Under the pieces are notes generated by a model. The model saw nothing but the letters and a program-made list of their open reading frames with translations, was not told the origin of the DNA and ran no database searches. Below are positions 11,801 to 24,369 of a stretch of 64,000 bases of DNA, piece after piece. The stretch is from Oculina patagonica (taxonomy: Eukaryota): NCBI RefSeq assembly GCF_052425735.1, contig NC_135769.1:32984001-33048000 (forward strand), written 5' to 3'. Within the stretch, counting starts at the first letter, position 1; each line of letters opens with the position of its first letter. The translations under genes were made by a program, and so were the position numbers.

Positions 11801-14800
11801 CCTTTTTTGGGTTATTTTTCTAAATGCCATGCAACAAATGACAACTTTCCCCGGAATACCTCTCATTGTACAGCCAGGCCAGAAATTCTTTGCTTTTCCA
11901 GTATTTATCAGGAGCCTCCCAGTCTCCATCTGACCAAACATACGCAGGCTTGTAAGAGTTTATAATATCATACAACTGAGGCAGCATAATTTCCTATAAA
12001 ACAAAACAAGGGTACTAAACTTTGTGAAACTATCTTTTTTGAAGGTTCATGACATGATCCCCTTATCAAAACTACACATGTGCACACATGTGTTACACAT
12101 GTATTACACATGTGAAAACTTGGTGTTATTCACCCAGACCAATGTAACACATGTGTCACACATGTGAGCAGGATTTTGCTGATTGTTTGGTGCTTACTTA
12201 CACATATGTACATATGTGTACTGAACATGTGTAATACATGTGTAAAATATTACACATGTGTCACACATGTGTATTTTTTTACATTGAATGCAACTTAACA
12301 TCGCACATGTGTTACACATGTGGAGAAATATTACACAATTCGTATTTAAACATTACATATGTGTTACACATGTGTATGGTAGCACACAAAATGCAACTTA
12401 AGCGGGAAAGTCGAAAGACTTATATATAAGCTTATATATAGCGGCGCTAAAATTATAACAGTAGCATGAACATTGTATATACTTCATATACAAACAGCCA
12501 AGCAGTCAAAGGAGCCAAGAACAAAAAATGAGCATGATCATTCCATAAAGAAAGCATTGCTTTACGAGATATTATCAGAAACAAATTTCAGACCTGACCA
12601 TTTTGCGTTCCTGCTGCACCGGCCTTCACTGAATTAATGCCATCATGAGTGCACTGAGTTTATAAGGCTTTCCACCCTTAAAATTCTTCAAAACCATATG
12701 GCAGATAGACTAAGCACCTTATTTGTGTTTCATTTTCAACATTTATTCTTCATAAAGCTTGAGAATTTCACGAGAATGAGATCGTGTGAAACAATGAAAT
12801 CGTCTTTCCCGTCTGCTTGCGATCGCCATGTTTATTGAGACTGCAGTACAAGGCTCCAGCGGATATCCCTGGTTTAACCAATCACGGAACGTAACTTATC
12901 CCACGTGACTATATCGTTATTCATTCTCCATTTTGGCGCGGTCGTTTTGAAATCGTTCGTGCTAGTGGTCAGTATTGTTGTGTTTTTTGTGTTTCCTTTG
13001 CAATAATCAAAGGAAACAGATCGCACGGTGTTAAAATCTGCTTATAGTGTTTTAAAGCTTGTGATTCTTGGAGCGGATCAAAGGTTTTGTTTACAGTATG
13101 AGGTGATTTATCAAATGGCAGACGTTTAACATTTAGTGCTTTGGTGAGTACAACTGAGCTTATGTTGAATGGAATATCTTCTTTTTCCTTTTAAAACTTC
13201 AACAAATCATTTCCAGGTAGTATATATTTGTAGAAAACAGTTTTAACATATTTACTGTAAAAGGTTAATTTTGAATAAAACATCATTTCAAATATAATTG
13301 CCAGCCTTGTGACTTTGTCGATTAAGTACTGTATCACATGCATGCAAGTTAACATGTGTATACATGAAAGTACACACAGTACACATGTGTATCACATGAG
13401 AGTACACATGTGTAACACATGAAAGTACACATGTCTGACACATGAAATTACACATGTGTGACACATGTGTTACACCATGATTTAGTGGGCAAATTTTATA
13501 GTGTGTTTCACATGTGCTACACATAGTGTAACACATGTGTTACACATGTGTCACACATGTGTCACACATGTGTAAAACATCTGCAGTCCCATGAAATTCA
13601 CATGTGTATTACACACAATTTACACATGTGCAGTTTTGGTAAGGGGAAACTGTCAATCTGAACTGAAACCAGTTATTATCATAAAATGAACATCAACTGA
13701 GTATCACACTACCGACAACTTGTACTGTGTAGTTTTATATACCGGTAGTCTGCAATTTAAGTTGTTAGTACTGTTGCCACTCAAGATGACAAAAGGTAAG
13801 TAAAGTTGATTTTAACATTCAAAGAAAATGTTTTTCTTCATCAATCTGTAAGTGGCCATATGATGTGCTGGTTGGAAATCTTACATTTGCTATACACATG
13901 AACATGCCAATGTGCAGTTCAATTTTACCTTTGGTACAATTTGCTCTCTCCTCCGCAGAGGTCTCTTTCGTGTTTCGGGCTATATGGAGAGGAACGGGGA
14001 GAGCTGAAAAGTAAGCGAGCGGAGTCTGGAGAGAATCGAAATGAAAGCGCGCGGGGCACACTGCGCTCCCCCTATTTTTCATTTTTTGTGTTTTCGCCTT
14101 CCTCTCCTCGTGTTTTTTCGCCTCCCCCCACGAAAGAGGCCTCTGCGGAGGAGAGAGTACAATTTGTATTTTCCTTTGTTTTATATTCATTATCATACAC
14201 CAGAACAAAGGGTGATACCAAATTATACCAAGAGTAAAATATAATCACAACACCAACACCACCCCCAAAGATTTTAAACTGCATGGTGAAATTCAAATCA
14301 AAGAGTCCTTCATATCATGTCAGAGATGATTTAGGAAAAATAATTATGTTACGTTTTGAATTTATTTTTCTCAAATCTGAAGAGGAGTTTCATTTAAAAT
14401 CTGAAAGCAACTACTGTATGTCTTTGTTTATTAAGGATTGTTTTGGCACAACTCACATCAACATATTCCTGTGTTGCAAATTTACTCTTTTTGTCCTTAA
14501 CATAGAGAGGGTGAAACCACTCATACAGAGAATAGTACAAGCCAAATGTGATGTTAGTACGCTTCCTGATAGATGACGCAAGGTCACCTGTGAAAACAAC
14601 GACAAGAGTCAATTAAAATTACAGAAGGATAATTAATAGAATTGAAATTTGTTCATTTGGACTCGCCTGCACAGTCTGTTTACCCCCCCCCCCCCTCCCA
14701 CCTCCTCCCTAAACATACATGTATTGTATTTAGAAAATGTATATAATATAGCAATAATGTTGTTATCGAAAAAAGAAAAAAGATATAAATGGAAATTAAT

Positions 14801-17800
14801 TAGCATAGTTTCATAACTAATATTTTTACAGAAACTCATCAGTTTTTATCTGCACACTTTGTGACCAGTCTTTTTTATTCCGAAACAAGATAAGCTTAAT
14901 AAAATTGATTAAATCGTATTTTGAGGCATGTTAAGGCCATCTATGTGAACAAATTTTATGCATGCACTTAATTAATTCCTATTTGACTTTTTCCTTTTTT
15001 CCTTTTTCTATGACAACCTTATTGCAATTAGGTGTATGTTGTGGTTCAATTTTATGCTTGGTTCAAATTTTCTTTTCCTTTGTTTTTGGGTATGGTAATG
15101 TATGATAATGAGTTTAAAAAAAAGGAAAATAAAATTTGAACCAAGCATAAAATTGAAAAACAACATAAAAAATTATATACATGTATATAAAATTTTGAAA
15201 TTATTTTGAAAGACATTTTAAAATATCCTCCTTTAAACTCATAGCTTGCTTACCAACAAGATCCCTGTGAGGGCCATTTTCAACAGAGTTCCAGTTCCAA
15301 GAAACGTTTGATCGCCAGTTTGTAAATCCTTCGTGGTGCTTACTAGTTAAAACAACATACCTGTGCATATGAAACACAAACAAGGATAAACACTGTAAAT
15401 ATTATATTATTACATATTAAAAAGATCAGAGGTACAGTAACAAGGTGTCAATGTGGAAGAGGTGTTATGTAGGAAGAGGTTTTTTCCAGAGGGGTGGTGG
15501 GGAATAGCACATTTGCACGATGTCGTCATTTGACTACAAATACCAGAATTCATTTCGCCTTTCCTTTGTTATTCAAATTTTGAATTCCCAGTGGGGTTTG
15601 AAAAACAATTGCTCTAATTAGAATGACAAAAAGACAAAGCGGAGGATTCTGGTAGTTGTAGTCAAGTGACGCCATCATGCAAATTGCCTATTGTTGAAGT
15701 TAGGGCCTCTTCATATGAGCCCGGTTGACCGGGCTGGCCCAGTTTCCGAGATCTCGCCTCACTCCTATTTCCCTTGTAAAAATCTCGGCGTTTTCATATG
15801 AGAAGGTGGGATGGCCCGGTTGCCGATATCTCGCTTTTTCCAACCGGGATCTCGGCAGACGGGCCGGAAATTTTTTCCATATGAACGCTTTATCCCGGTT
15901 ACCGCGGCGAATTTCGTTCATTTACGCATGCCTTGCATAAAGGTCGCTGACGGAGCGCGGCTTCAGACAACGTGGTCAAACATGGCGGCAAATCTTGCAA
16001 TGGAAGATACTTCTGCTCCCTTGCCTCCGAAGCGGTTCCGATGGAGCACAGAAATGATCAGCCAGTTGATCTTCTGTTTAACCGAATACAAGTCGAACAT
16101 GGAATATAGAAGCCTCGATTTCGACGCTGATAAACAAATTCAATACCAGGAATTGCGAGTGGCTATGGCGAAACTGTACGCGGACAATGTGTCTTTCTTC
16201 GGTCCTGTGGCTGCTTCGCAGTTACCGGATGATTTTGACACTTTTTCAGTGCCCGAAAAGGCCGCCGCGAAGAGTCGTGTTAAAGAATCGAAGGAGATGA
16301 TTACTAGAGGACAAAAGAGAGTAATGGAGAAAGTCAAAGAAATGAGACAAGGGTTCTCAAAAGCGGTTGTTTCTGGCAGCCGAAGTGGAAGCGGAAAGAT
16401 TGTTTACGAATTTTACGACAAGTTGATTACTCTTTGGGGTGGTTCGGCCGGTACTGAGCCACTTTCTTATGGCGTAGAAGGAGATACCTTTGAGGAAGAC
16501 GTTGAAGCTCATAGAAACGATGGTCTGGAAGATGACAGCAGTTTGGATTTGGAAGCAGCAGTTCCCTCGCCTAGCTCAAGTGAGATAAGTGAGGTCAGTT
16601 CTAGAGTTGATGAGGGCAATGAAAATGATCATGGTGCACCTACTGGTAGTAGGAAACGCAAAGCTAACTGTGTAGCAAATTTTGGGCAAAAAATAAATAA
16701 TAAATTAAAAGCAGGGTGAATTAATGGCGGGGATGTGACATTTTTGCCTACCAAGGAAGCGGCGTTGAGGGTTCGGTAATATTTGGAAGCCACTCCAAGT
16801 GATTTTGCCAAATCCCCCTTCCCCATGCACTAATAGATGAAAGCACCCTAAGTGAGAGATTACATGGAAAGCTATGTTGAGTTTCATTTTTCTTCTATCT
16901 TTCACATGTTTGTGAATATTAAATTTGAACTGTTTGAACCTAAAGTTCACCCTAGGTCCTACATTGTCTTTACAAACAGCTGTACTTACCTAGTACATTT
17001 TGGTGAGATTAAGTGCTGTTTGAAACATGTTGAGTATCATGATGTTGGCATTTGTTTATAATATTAAATTATGTACCCTAGATACAATTGAAGGACATGG
17101 AAGTAACTTGTTTTTTTCTGCAGGGCTTGTCCTTAAGGCATAACTAACTCTTGGTGACTTTCTGTTCTATTACTTTTGGTTGCAAATTAGCAGCCAGGAA
17201 AATGAAAGAGGGTGCTCGGGTTTTACATTGAACTGTTACAAGTCAAATGGCATACGTACATACATGTAAGAACAAAGATCAACGAAAACTGGAGAGAAGA
17301 ATAAGATAGTGTCTCTCCTGGTTCATTCAGATTGCTCTCTTCTCTGGCACCTGACTGTGTACAGTTTATTGCAGAAACCCAGGGCCTTAAGTTAATAGGT
17401 TAGTTATGATGCTTTTATTTACGTAACTTTATGTTCAAAACCAATTTTAAATTCAAAGTGCAAATTTAAGGACACCTACAGTGCCTCTTTCTGTATTCAC
17501 TGTAAGGTAGATCCATTATGATCAAGCAGTTTTTAGCTGGTGTTGTTAAGACCCTCCTAGCTTATCACACATTTGCATATGTAAAATCTACCTTTGTGTT
17601 AAGAATGTTCAGTTTCTGTTGTAAAACATAGGGTTAACAATGTTAAGCTTGAAAAGCTACTATAATTCAGCAAAACAATAAAATGAATGAGTTGTGGTTG
17701 GGGTCCTGAGTTAAAGATTCTTCAGTATTAATTCTGTGAGGGTTGTCCTAACAACACTCCCCTCTCCTACATTACAAGAGTAGATTGGGTCAGGAACATT

Positions 17801-19952
17801 TTGAAACTGCACCTCATTTTCCTTCATGTGTTCAATTTGACATTCAACCAAATCGTCATCAATGTACGCATTGTTTTTCTCACAGTAATTGTGTAACACA
17901 AAACATGCATAGATAATTGTTGGTACTGACTCAAGTTTCATGTCCATTTTTGTTGTAAGTATGGCCCATCTTGCTTAGAGTCGGCCAAAGGCACATTCAA
18001 TTGGGTTTCTAGCAGATCGTAACATGTTGTTGAAAATTACTTGTTCATTGCTAGAACAGGTTTCAAACTCTTTCATGCAAAATGGCAGCAATGGATATGC
18101 TGGATCACCAATGAGGTAATTAGGTATCTTGACCCCACCTGGAACAGGAGTTTGAAATGTGGTTGGCAATTTGTTGTCCCTTAATTTGGCATTGATGGAA
18201 GAATTGGCAAAGACTTTTGCATCGTGTACACTTCCTGGCCAGCGACATTCAACATCCATAAACATGCCTTTGTAGTCGCACACAGCCTGTACACTCAATG
18301 AATAGAATTGTTTGTAACAGAAGAAATCTTGTGAGTTCTCTGATGGGCATTTTATGGGAATGTGTGTCCCATCAATGCAACCGAAGGCTTGTGTCATACC
18401 AAATTTTGCCTCAAATTCTGCCACCTTCTCCCTCATGCCTTCTTGATCTTTGGGTAGATGTAAATATTTTGGGCCAAGAAAATTTGATATGGCCTGACAA
18501 ACCTCAGTTACAACATTTGATGCTGTATTGAGTGCGATTCCAAAGCTATTGGCTGTCATTCTCAGGGAGCCAGTGTCTTTCAAAAAATAGAGTGCTATTG
18601 CTACCTTTTTTTCAGCACTCAGTGCCCTGTGGTTGGGTGACTTTGGGTTGGGTGAAATGTAGGGTCCCAGCTCTGCCACTAGCTTCACAAAAGAGTCCCT
18701 TAAAAAAATACAAATATATCACTTTATTTAAGTGTCGATGTATTTAGCATTGCTGTGCTAATAATTTATTGTGGACAGTGTAAATAGAGAACAAATATTA
18801 TAAATCGAACAGAAATTGTTAAAAATCCAAGCTGCGTGGAGGAGTTGAATTCGTGACCACCGAACACAAATCCATCTTATGGCAGGGAGGATTTGACAAA
18901 CCTTGTCATCCTGAAGTTCTCATTCCAACATTCATCTGGTGCAACTCCTGTCCAAATGTTTTCCCACCACAAGTCAGTTCGACCAGGCTTATGCCAACAC
19001 CTTCGCTTACTTCGGTTCAAGCATCTTTGCTTTATTCGCTTCAAACTTCGTAGAGAATAGTTTCGCTTCCGCAATAATGCGGCCCGAATAGCATCATTTT
19101 GCCGTGTCTGGTGTATTTTCCACATCATTAATACTCCATTTAGCTGCAGCAATACAGCTACAAGAGTTGACAAAGCCAAGATGGGCACGAAAGTTATGAG
19201 TTTGCGTTTCGCCGCCATGTTTGTTTTGTTTCTTGAATTTCGCGCCATAACTCGTCCCCAGGATCTTAGCGCCTTTTCTCACCTTGGTTACCGGGATAAA
19301 ATTTCTCATATGAACCCAAGACAACATTCGTCTCGGTAATCGAGCCAGCCCGGTCAACCGGGCTCATATGAAAAGGGCCTTAGTCTCGTGACTTTCAGCT
19401 GCCACCAAAATTTCTCTTTTCTCTCTACCGGTAATCTGACCGGTAATTTTGTTTACCTTCGTGGTTCTATAATATTATCTTACATCATTTTACCTTACCT
19501 TACATTTCTCTAACTTAAACTAACAAAGAAATAAACTTACAGTGAATAGATTTTATCAAAACAGCGCAACCGCGACCTAAAAAAAATCGATCAGTTACAT
19601 AAGCTTACCTTGCTCCAGAGCGCGCCAACAGATCTGCCCAATGATCAGGATCAAAAAATTCTGCCTTGAACATCGGTGCAAAATCAGCATAAGAGAATCC
19701 CGGACGATAGTTATTTTTCATGAACTCGACGCATCTTGGATCATTTTGTCCTTTCCAATGCCACCAAAACCACTCTGAGTTAAAACTCGGAACTGAATAA
19801 ACTCCCCAGTGCATGAAAATTCCGAACTTCGCCTCGTCATACCACGAAGGAAGCGGTCTCGCATCAAGTGACTCCCAGGTAGGCTCATATTTGGCTTGTA
19901 CATCAAAAAACTGGCTTATAAACAACAGAAAAACAGTAACATGCGAAAACAT
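8864..19952 (-). CDS. FUCA: Alpha-L-fucosidase (GH29), 8 exons, 456 aa with signal peptide
   Basis: Exons 19609-19952 (signal, [34 protein letters not shown]), 15254-15360 (LTSKHHEGF), 14457-14587, 11860-11993 (WSDGDW nucleophile motif), 11403-11500 (VVNDRWG), 10017-10149 (KWE, SWGY), 9627-9797 ([10 protein letters not shown]), 8864-9116; total 1371 nt in frame. Confidence 0.96.
9471..9544. mobile_element. 74-bp palindromic MITE, TAG...CTA ends, 9-bp TSD (AcademH-like)
   Basis: tagcctgcgaaaacagccgcctctc...gagaggcggctgttttcgcaggcta flanked both sides by accacttat. Confidence 0.8.
10321..11398. mobile_element. Unclassified non-autonomous element with internal inverted repeats in FUCA intron 5
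   Basis: agatat...atatct ends; hairpin atagaaagtgc...gcactttctat at 10337-10470; tttattatata (~10482) inverted against tatataataaa (~11383). Confidence 0.45.
12059..13646. mobile_element. Non-autonomous TIR element with ACACATGTGT subterminal repeat arrays (CACTA/CMC-like architecture)
   Basis: Termini ccccttatcaaaactacacatgtg / cacatgtgcagttttggtaagggg; dense cacatgtg repeats at 12075-12375 and 13335-13630; no convincing TSD. Confidence 0.75.
13944..14157. mobile_element. MITE with 9-bp TSD
   Basis: ctctctcctccgcagagg...cctctgcggaggagagag inverted termini flanked both sides by tacaatttg. Confidence 0.8.
15504..15692. mobile_element. Short inverted-repeat MITE abutting the Harbinger element
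   Basis: tttgcacgatgtcgtcatttgactacaaataccagaat is the imperfect reverse complement of attctggtagttgtagtcaagtgacgccatcatgcaaa. Confidence 0.6.
15982..16719 (+). CDS. Harbinger accessory Myb/SANT-like DNA-binding protein (possibly 3'-truncated)
   Basis: Part of ORF 15811-16719 from Kozak-like aacATGg; [16 protein letters not shown] helix, [25 protein letters not shown] motif, acidic tail, RKRK basic cluster; inside the Harbinger TIRs. Confidence 0.75.
   Translation: MAANLAMEDTSAPLPPKRFRWSTEMISQLIFCLTEYKSNMEYRSLDFDADKQIQYQELRVAMAKLYADNVSFFGPVAASQLPDDFDTFSVPEKAAAKSRVKESKEMITRGQKRVMEKVKEMRQGFSKAVVSGSRSGSGKIVYEFYDKLITLWGGSAGTEPLSYGVEGDTFEEDVEAHRNDGLEDDSSLDLEAAVPSPSSSEISEVSSRVDEGNENDHGAPTGSRKRKANCVANFGQKINNKLKAG
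17711..19218 (-). pseudogene. Harbinger (HARBI1-like) DDE transposase, 2 exons, one in-frame nonsense codon
   Basis: Exons 18902-19218 and 17711-18698 (GT-AG intron joins FRMTR-DSF); motifs [33 protein letters not shown]; TAA at 17975-17977 then in-frame ARWAIL...CFVLHNYC. Confidence 0.9.
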
Positions 19953-20675
19953 TTTTGCAAACGGCGATTATAAAGTTAGTTCGAGGAGCACAAACTCGAA
20001 CAGTCTCTCGAACAAATTTTGACAGTAGTGAGCCAAACAAAAGATCACCAACCCTTACATATAAGCCAGCATGAATTATCTCACAAAAATAACCAGAGGC
20101 GCCGTCCCAGTCTCCTTCGCTGCCTTTGGTATGAGGTCGTCAATCGTCACGCAACGCTTCTTGCCCACATAAAAAAGGTAGATATCAGAGCATATGTAGA
20201 GCATATAGCTTTTGCCTATTTATTTTTTTAGGTCTGAAATGGGACCCGGGGAACAATTAGGTATAATATTTTGGAAGAAACTATTTCTTATGATTGCCCG
20301 AAGCGGTTCCTGTTTATTCTGAATATGGTATTGATTTTGGGTCAGGTCTGAAATTGGATTGGGGAATCACATATTTTGTTTGGAAATAGGCTAGGAGACA
20401 GGTTTTTAGAAGTGCACCACACATCCTAACTAAACACATATTTTTGGGTAGTATCCCACAGGATATCAGAACTGCGTGCTGGCAAGCGACCACGTTGTAT
20501 CCCTGACATGGAAATATAAATTTCAAAACAAAATTAAAGTTCTTATGATCTTATGATCTTTCTTTTCAACTATATTCTCAGTTTTATTGAGGTTTTCATA
20601 CAAAAACAGTATACTGGGTGGTCTGGGTGAGACAGACCAAGGCAAAATTTTAGACATTAGATTAGGGCAGGAGGT

Positions 20676-20740
20676 CAACCTCGTTCCCAGGACTTTTCCC
20701 TTTCAAATTACCAAGGGAAAAAACCCTGGGAATGAGGCTG
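20676..20740. mobile_element. 65-bp palindromic MITE with 9-bp TSD
   Basis: caacctcgttcccagg...cctgggaatgaggctg flanked both sides by gcaggaggt. Confidence 0.75.
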
Positions 20741-21133
20741 GCAGGAGGTTTGGTGTAGTTAGTGGTCTTGTGAAGTCAGATGTTGTCACTTAATTTTGCA
20801 TTATGATATTGAAGAAGTTTGGAAATCTAAACATGAATATATTTTATTTGCAAGTTTCTTTAGACCCTATAAAATGTTTGGTCAGTTTCCTATGGTTGTC
20901 TGAATGGAAGTAAGATGCAGTACTGACCATAGGAAAGGTCGATGTTATAGTTGTTTATGTTCTCTATCATTATCATTATTATTTTTTAATTATTATTACT
21001 GGAATGACAGTGAGCAATCAGAGTTAGTCAAACTACAGAGAAACTTCAGAGTTGCATAGTCAGTATTTATCATTGCTCAGCCATTTAAATTCAGTACCTA
21101 ACCCCATGTTGACATGCACTTAAATGTCACCAG

Positions 21134-22378
21134 TTACAGCTTGCCATTTTTAGAAATTTCCTCAAAATGTTTCTTGATATTTTGGGTTATAGACGTGCGG
21201 GCAGCCTCTGCTTGTCTTAAGACAAGTCTTGCTAAAATACGAGGTGCAGTGTATTTAGCATGATCCGCTAACATTGTACCATCTTTGCCATTCTCAGCAT
21301 CAGTTAAATCAAAGCCTTGGTTAATTTGTAACATTCCATGCTGTGCTTTAAGCTGAGTAGATACGTTTTCCTCTAGCACCGTCACAGCCGCATGGAAGGT
21401 AAAATTACCGGTGTCGTAGAATCCAAAGAAAACAACCCTCTCTTGAATGTCAAGCTCAACAACCCTTCGTCCATCCGCATCTTGTGATCTGACAATGTTA
21501 CTTATACCAGTGCTATTCAAGTGAAAAAGTATGCTGATAAGGTTCAAAAAATGTTACTATAATCGAGTATATCATAATTAAGAGAGGCAATACAAATGAT
21601 AATGCTAATCAGCAACTTGTCCCCCGCCCCTAGCCCTCAGCTTGTAATTTTCCGTTCTAAAGCATTATTTCCAATTCTCAGAATCAATTTCTATCCCTGG
21701 AGAACCTGACGAGTTAGGGCAAAGAAATACGGGAGCTGGGAAAAGGCGCATCGGTTCCTTTATAATTTCACAGCAGACCTTTGCATCTGAGATATACTGA
21801 CGCGCATTTAAAATGCCTTGTCTTTCTCTCCTCCATAGCAACAATGGAATTTGATCATGATGTGCTTGGAAATGAAAAACACTCATCAAGCTTCGTTATG
21901 GCATCCGTAACTTTTCCTTCAAATATTTTTCTGTATTGATATGACTTTACAGTGGGACGAGCTCATCAAGCAATGAAGAGAGAGCGCACGTCGTGGCGTG
22001 ACTGGACACACCTGGACGGGTTTGCGGTTTGATAATTACTTCTTACTTCCGATTGATCTTACAAGCTTAATTGCTTTTAAATTATGTTGGTTATCGGCGT
22101 GACTGGGTTTAAATAGAGCCAACAAAGATCTGAAAGATGACCTACAATGTACGCGCAGCTATTCATACACAAAATGTATTCGCTTACCACAAAGGATGAA
22201 TTTTGACCCAAAATTCGGGCTCTGCATCTATCAACTTTCGAAACACATCCGACCGCTTTGCAGGTATATAAATTGGATCAAATGAGAATCCCAGCGTTAC
22301 AACCTGCAGTTCCCTGTAAGCCAAAAAGCCGAGAACTGCCACCAAACACGACCAGAAAACTATCTTCGTGGCTGCCAT
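21134..22378 (-). CDS. 189-aa protein with N-terminal signal/anchor and probable SRPBCC (START/Bet v1/polyketide-cyclase-like) domain, 2 exons
   Basis: Exons 22188-22378 (MAATKIVFWSCLVAVLGFLAY...IYIPAKRSDVFRKL...KIHPL) and 21134-21512 join in phase 2 (TG|C); IxAxxxxVF, HP and a long C-terminal amphipathic helix fit SRPBCC. The fold call is an inference. Confidence 0.7.
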
Positions 22379-22676
22379 CGCCCAGCGATCTTTTGACCAA
22401 GAAGTGTTGCGTGACAGAAATAATGACGTCACCACATTGGTGCAGTTGCGTAATTTGACGGCCTGCCCGTGACTGTGAAAGTGTCACTTTCAGTTCTTGA
22501 GTTGGAGAAGTGAGAATCAGTCTTTTTGTTAGTCTATGGCAGCCGTTAAAAAGTAAGGAACTATTATATAATCCAAAAGCTGCTATCTTGATACGCTTGA
22601 GTCGTAAACTCTGACTTCTTCTTGAAGTTTGGAACAAAAATGGTGGCTTCCTCTAGAATTTGCTCACGAAGCACCG
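22379..22676. promoter_or_regulatory. Putative bidirectional promoter (298 bp between divergent ATGs) with perfect CRE and reverse CCAAT
   Basis: ATGs at 22378 (-) and 22677 (+); TGACGTCA at 22424-22431; ATTGG at 22436-22440. Confidence 0.6.
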
Positions 22677-24333
22677 ATGACGTACAGTTTTGTGGGCGCT
22701 AATAGTGTGAAGATGACAGAGAAAGATGATGAAAGCGAGAAGTGGTGTGCTGTATGCAATGACAGTTCTTCTGGCTACCATTACGGTGCAAACACTTGCG
22801 AAGGATGCAAGAGTTTCTTCAAAAGAACAGTACAAAAAGATCTTCTCGACAAATACGAGTGCAGCGGTAACGAAGATTGCTCTGTGGACAAACAATCCCG
22901 TGCAAAATGTCAATTCTGCAGGCTGCAGAAGTGCTTTACAGTAGGAATGGTTGCAGAAGGTATTATCTATGTTTACCTGGGTAAATTAAAACTCAAAAAA
23001 ATTATCTTACATGAATCCGTTTGTGGGATATGAATCAAAGTTTACATGTACGTAACTGTGTTTATGTAGTAGTAAATATGTAGTAGTCGCCTGGCGGACG
23101 GCTGATCTATGAGAAAATCGAATTATTTGCTGTATAAACGCTTTAGCTGTATTTGAGTAGCAAGCTGAACGCAATTCTAAAAGGAAAAGAAAAGTTTATT
23201 AGGATAATCACATCCTTTGGACCTTTCAGAGTTTGAAACTAGCACATGTCACGTGACAATACCTGTTTACATCAACAGGACACCCAACCTTTTAGTCCAA
23301 GAGGACTACTCTAGGTCGATATCTAAATTCTCCTTGCCATCTGTCATAACCTGCGATCAGGTGGAGGGGTCAACGGAAAAATGAACGCCTGATACAATTA
23401 CTTGTTGAGTCGTCTGTAAAAAGTCCAGAATCTGTTTTTTTTTTTGCTGATTGGTCAGGATACAAAAGGCAACATTAGAACCCTATCCTGATTGGCTAAT
23501 TGAGTTCAAGCGTAACTTCCGGTCAAAACATATCGCGCGTGAATGATTTTTATCTGGCGGGTGTTGAGCGCAATGAAGGAAAGAGCGAGTTTTTCGGTTT
23601 TTCTAGCTTTAAGATAATCTTTCAAGAGTTTTGTTTAAAGCCAAACAAAGGGAGTGTATTGGACGAATAGTTTGTGAAAGAAAAGATGTTTTGGTGGTGC
23701 TTCCAACGGGATTTCAAATCTATTCCAATGGTGTCGAAGATAATTACAACATCGCACCACCAAAGACGCCAGACGATCGTGCCAGTGACGAAAACTACGG
23801 CCTTGAAATGTCTGACCTGAGCCTTACACAAAACCAGCCCTTCACTTGCTGAAGACAAATTTTAAAAAACCTCCGATCAGCTCGTTCAAAAAGGGTTAAT
23901 CATTTAAATACATGTTTGCGAAAGTAAAAATATAATTTGAAGGCGCTAATGCGATGCGACCGCAAAAGGCCACATGGGGAGTCCCTGCAGGCCTGTCTTT
24001 AACTTTATGCATCAGTCAATTCCAGCAGTGCCCATCCCCCCCCCCCCTGGCTCCCCCCCGGGGTTTTTTTTTTTTTTAAAAAAAAAAATTTTTTCCGGGG
24101 GGGGGGGAGAAAAAAAGATCATTCTCCCCCTCGTTTTTTNNNNNNNNNNNNNNNNNNNNNNNNNNNNNNNNNNNNNNNNNNNNNNNNNNNNNNNNNNNNN
24201 NNNNNNNNNNNNNNNNNNNNNNNNNNNNNNNNNNNNNNNNNNNNNNNNNNNNNNNNNNNNNNNNNNNNNNNNNNNNNNNNNCTTTTTCCCCCGGCCCGCC
24301 CCCCACCCCACCCCCCCCCCCCCCCGGGGAAAA

Positions 24334-24369
<36 letters not shown>

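Larger units (their letters stand above)
15703..19379. mobile_element. Full-length PIF/Harbinger DNA transposon (3.7 kb) in FUCA intron 1
   Basis: ~50-bp TIRs (gggcctcttcatatgagcccggttgaccgggctggc / gccagcccggtcaaccgggctcatatgaaaagggcc), 3-bp TTA TSD at 15700-15702 and 19380-19382, two convergent genes. Confidence 0.93.

Noticed and set aside
1-19952. PMM next to fucosidase as a glycan-metabolism cluster
   Set aside because: Different compartments and pathways; adjacency alone gives no evidence of co-regulation.
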